Assembly: GCA_964247055.1 (NCBI GenBank)
Contig: OZ176058.1
Coordinates: forward strand, 2,232,001-2,296,000
Direction: 5' to 3'
DNA: 64,000 nucleotides
DNA from: Paragordius varius
Taxonomy: Eukaryota > Animalia > Nematomorpha
A program made the translations under genes and the position numbers. Below, piece after piece: positions 62,708 through 64,000 of this stretch. The notes beneath the pieces are model-generated. The model was given only the letters and a program-made list of their open reading frames with translations, ran no database searches and had not been told where the DNA came from. Positions within the stretch are counted from its first letter, which is position 1. Each line of letters begins with the position of its first letter.

Positions 62708-63104
62708 TGTAAGGGTATTATTTGGGGATGGCAAGGAATTTATTGTATATCACAAATATTGTATATCACAAAAACAACTGCGCGTTATATCATGATATCT
62801 ATATATATATATCTACGATAATTAGGTTTAATGTATTCACATATATCAAGGTAAGATGTTTGCTTATATACAATTATCTCAAATTATAATAATAATCACA
62901 AGTGGTGGGGAGGTTATAACAATATAATAAAAGTATACAGATAAGTTAATAGGTTAATGTACTGCAAGGTATAATAATAATATTCACAAGTGGTGGGGAG
63001 GTTATAACAATATAATAATAGTATACAGATAAGTTAATAGGTTAATGCACTGATATATAACGAATGTAGTGTGTTTACAAGTCTATTCAAATTAGCCTCT
63101 AACA
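62708..63104 (-). repeat. Putative 3' LTR of 397 bp (TGTTAGAGG...CCCTTACA) with an internal direct repeat of about 87 bp
   Basis: TGT...ACA termini 3 nt after the PPT. CACAAGTGGTGGGGAGGTTATAACAATATAAT...GGTTAATG(T/C)ACTG occurs twice (about 62886 and 62973). The left boundary is inferred. Confidence 0.65.
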
Positions 63105-64000
63105 TCACTTCCCCCTCCTTAACGAAAGCGGGCAGGTTTCTGCCGATTTCTCGTCGGGTACCTCCGTTCTTGTGTTTTAGCGGGCGAGTAGATAGTCTCA
63201 GGTTTCTGGGTATTATCATTATTTGGACTTTCGGCTGTCGGAGTAATTGGTTCGATTTCTTAGCTTGCATTGATCGTGTTTGGTTGCGTTTCAGCGATTG
63301 TTCCATCATCCGTGGCAGTGGTTACCTCCTCCTCATTTGTGTTGCTGGAAGTGGTCGGCTGTGGTTGTGGTTGTTGTACTATTTGGTCAGCGTGTTTCCT
63401 CACAACTTTGTCTCGGTCCTTGTCCCATACCTTGTATGAAAATAACCCTGTACGGTCCGTAATCTCTCCGGCGCGCCCCCTGGACTTAATTCATTTTTAA
63501 TCATTACCTGGTCATTAATGGCAAACTGCCGTCGGGGGGCCGGTGCATCTAACAATCTCTCCCTACTATTTAACCAGGTTAAGGGCGTATGGGGGGGTAC
63601 GCTTAAACATTTACTGGGCCGGGGTTTCTTTCGTTGTTGAGTGTATAGAATTTCTATACGCCCATAAGCTAGTGTTAAATCCTTCGTGGGTGGATAACCC
63701 ATTGTTTTTTATTCTTTTGTATTTATTTTTTGTTGTACCTACTAACCTTTCTACCATCCCATTACTCTTAGGGTGGTATGGGGTAACCTTAATATGTTTC
63801 ACCCCTAACCTACTTAATGTTGACGTAAAGTACTCGTTACTGAAATATGAAGCGTTATCGCTCACAATCTCTCTTGCAAAGCCAAACCTTGCAAACGCTT
63901 CTTCTAATTTGTGGATTATATTCGCTGCGGTTACCTTTTTCAACATAAATCCTTCTGCCCATTTCGAGGCACTATCAATTATCAACAACCAATACAAACC
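62708..64000 (-). mobile_element. 3' end of a decayed Ty3/Gypsy LTR retrotransposon (integrase core, PPT, 3' LTR)
   Basis: Integrase motifs LLIIDSASKW, IVSDNASYF, TPYHPKSNGMVER, AYRNSIHSTTKETPA, then a stop (63611-63613) and frameshifts, then G.I...TG.FSYKV..VRKHADQI. Polypurine tract AAGGAGGGGGAAG at 63120-63108. The element runs off the window. Confidence 0.92.

Noticed and set aside
63034-63500. ORFs 63034-63309, 63071-63439, 63270-63500 and 63280-63462 as separate genes
   Set aside because: They are frameshifted pieces or antisense readings of the Gypsy pol C-terminus and the PPT/LTR boundary.

Overview
Extremely AT-rich (roughly 80% A+T by eye) eukaryotic DNA, probably from an invertebrate animal (inference). 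Three spliced genes can be rebuilt by hand with consistent GT-AG boundaries and reading-frame phases. (1) A 5'-truncated + strand gene (7 exons visible, 893-11773) encodes an unassigned N-terminal domain and three near-identical C2H2 zinc fingers. (2) ASF1 histone chaperone lies on the - strand (4 exons, 209 aa). (3) A LUC7L3-type U1 snRNP factor lies on the - strand (12 exons, 599 aa) and has a 27-nt first intron. About 18.5-45.3 kb is a four-copy tandem macro-repeat (period about 6.2-6.9 kb) built from nested non-autonomous transposons. The rest holds TA- and TTAA-flanked MITEs, a tRNA-derived SINE candidate, decayed LINE fragments and the 3' end of a decayed Gypsy element. Two signals are not explained by these features. 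First, all three genes have introns filled with tandem arrays that copy their own exon-intron junctions, with the splice dinucleotide preserved and several copies differing mainly at synonymous sites. Second, the last four coding exons of the zinc-finger gene carry 21 CAGCTG palindromes across two reading frames. No database searches were possible; family names rest on motif recognition.
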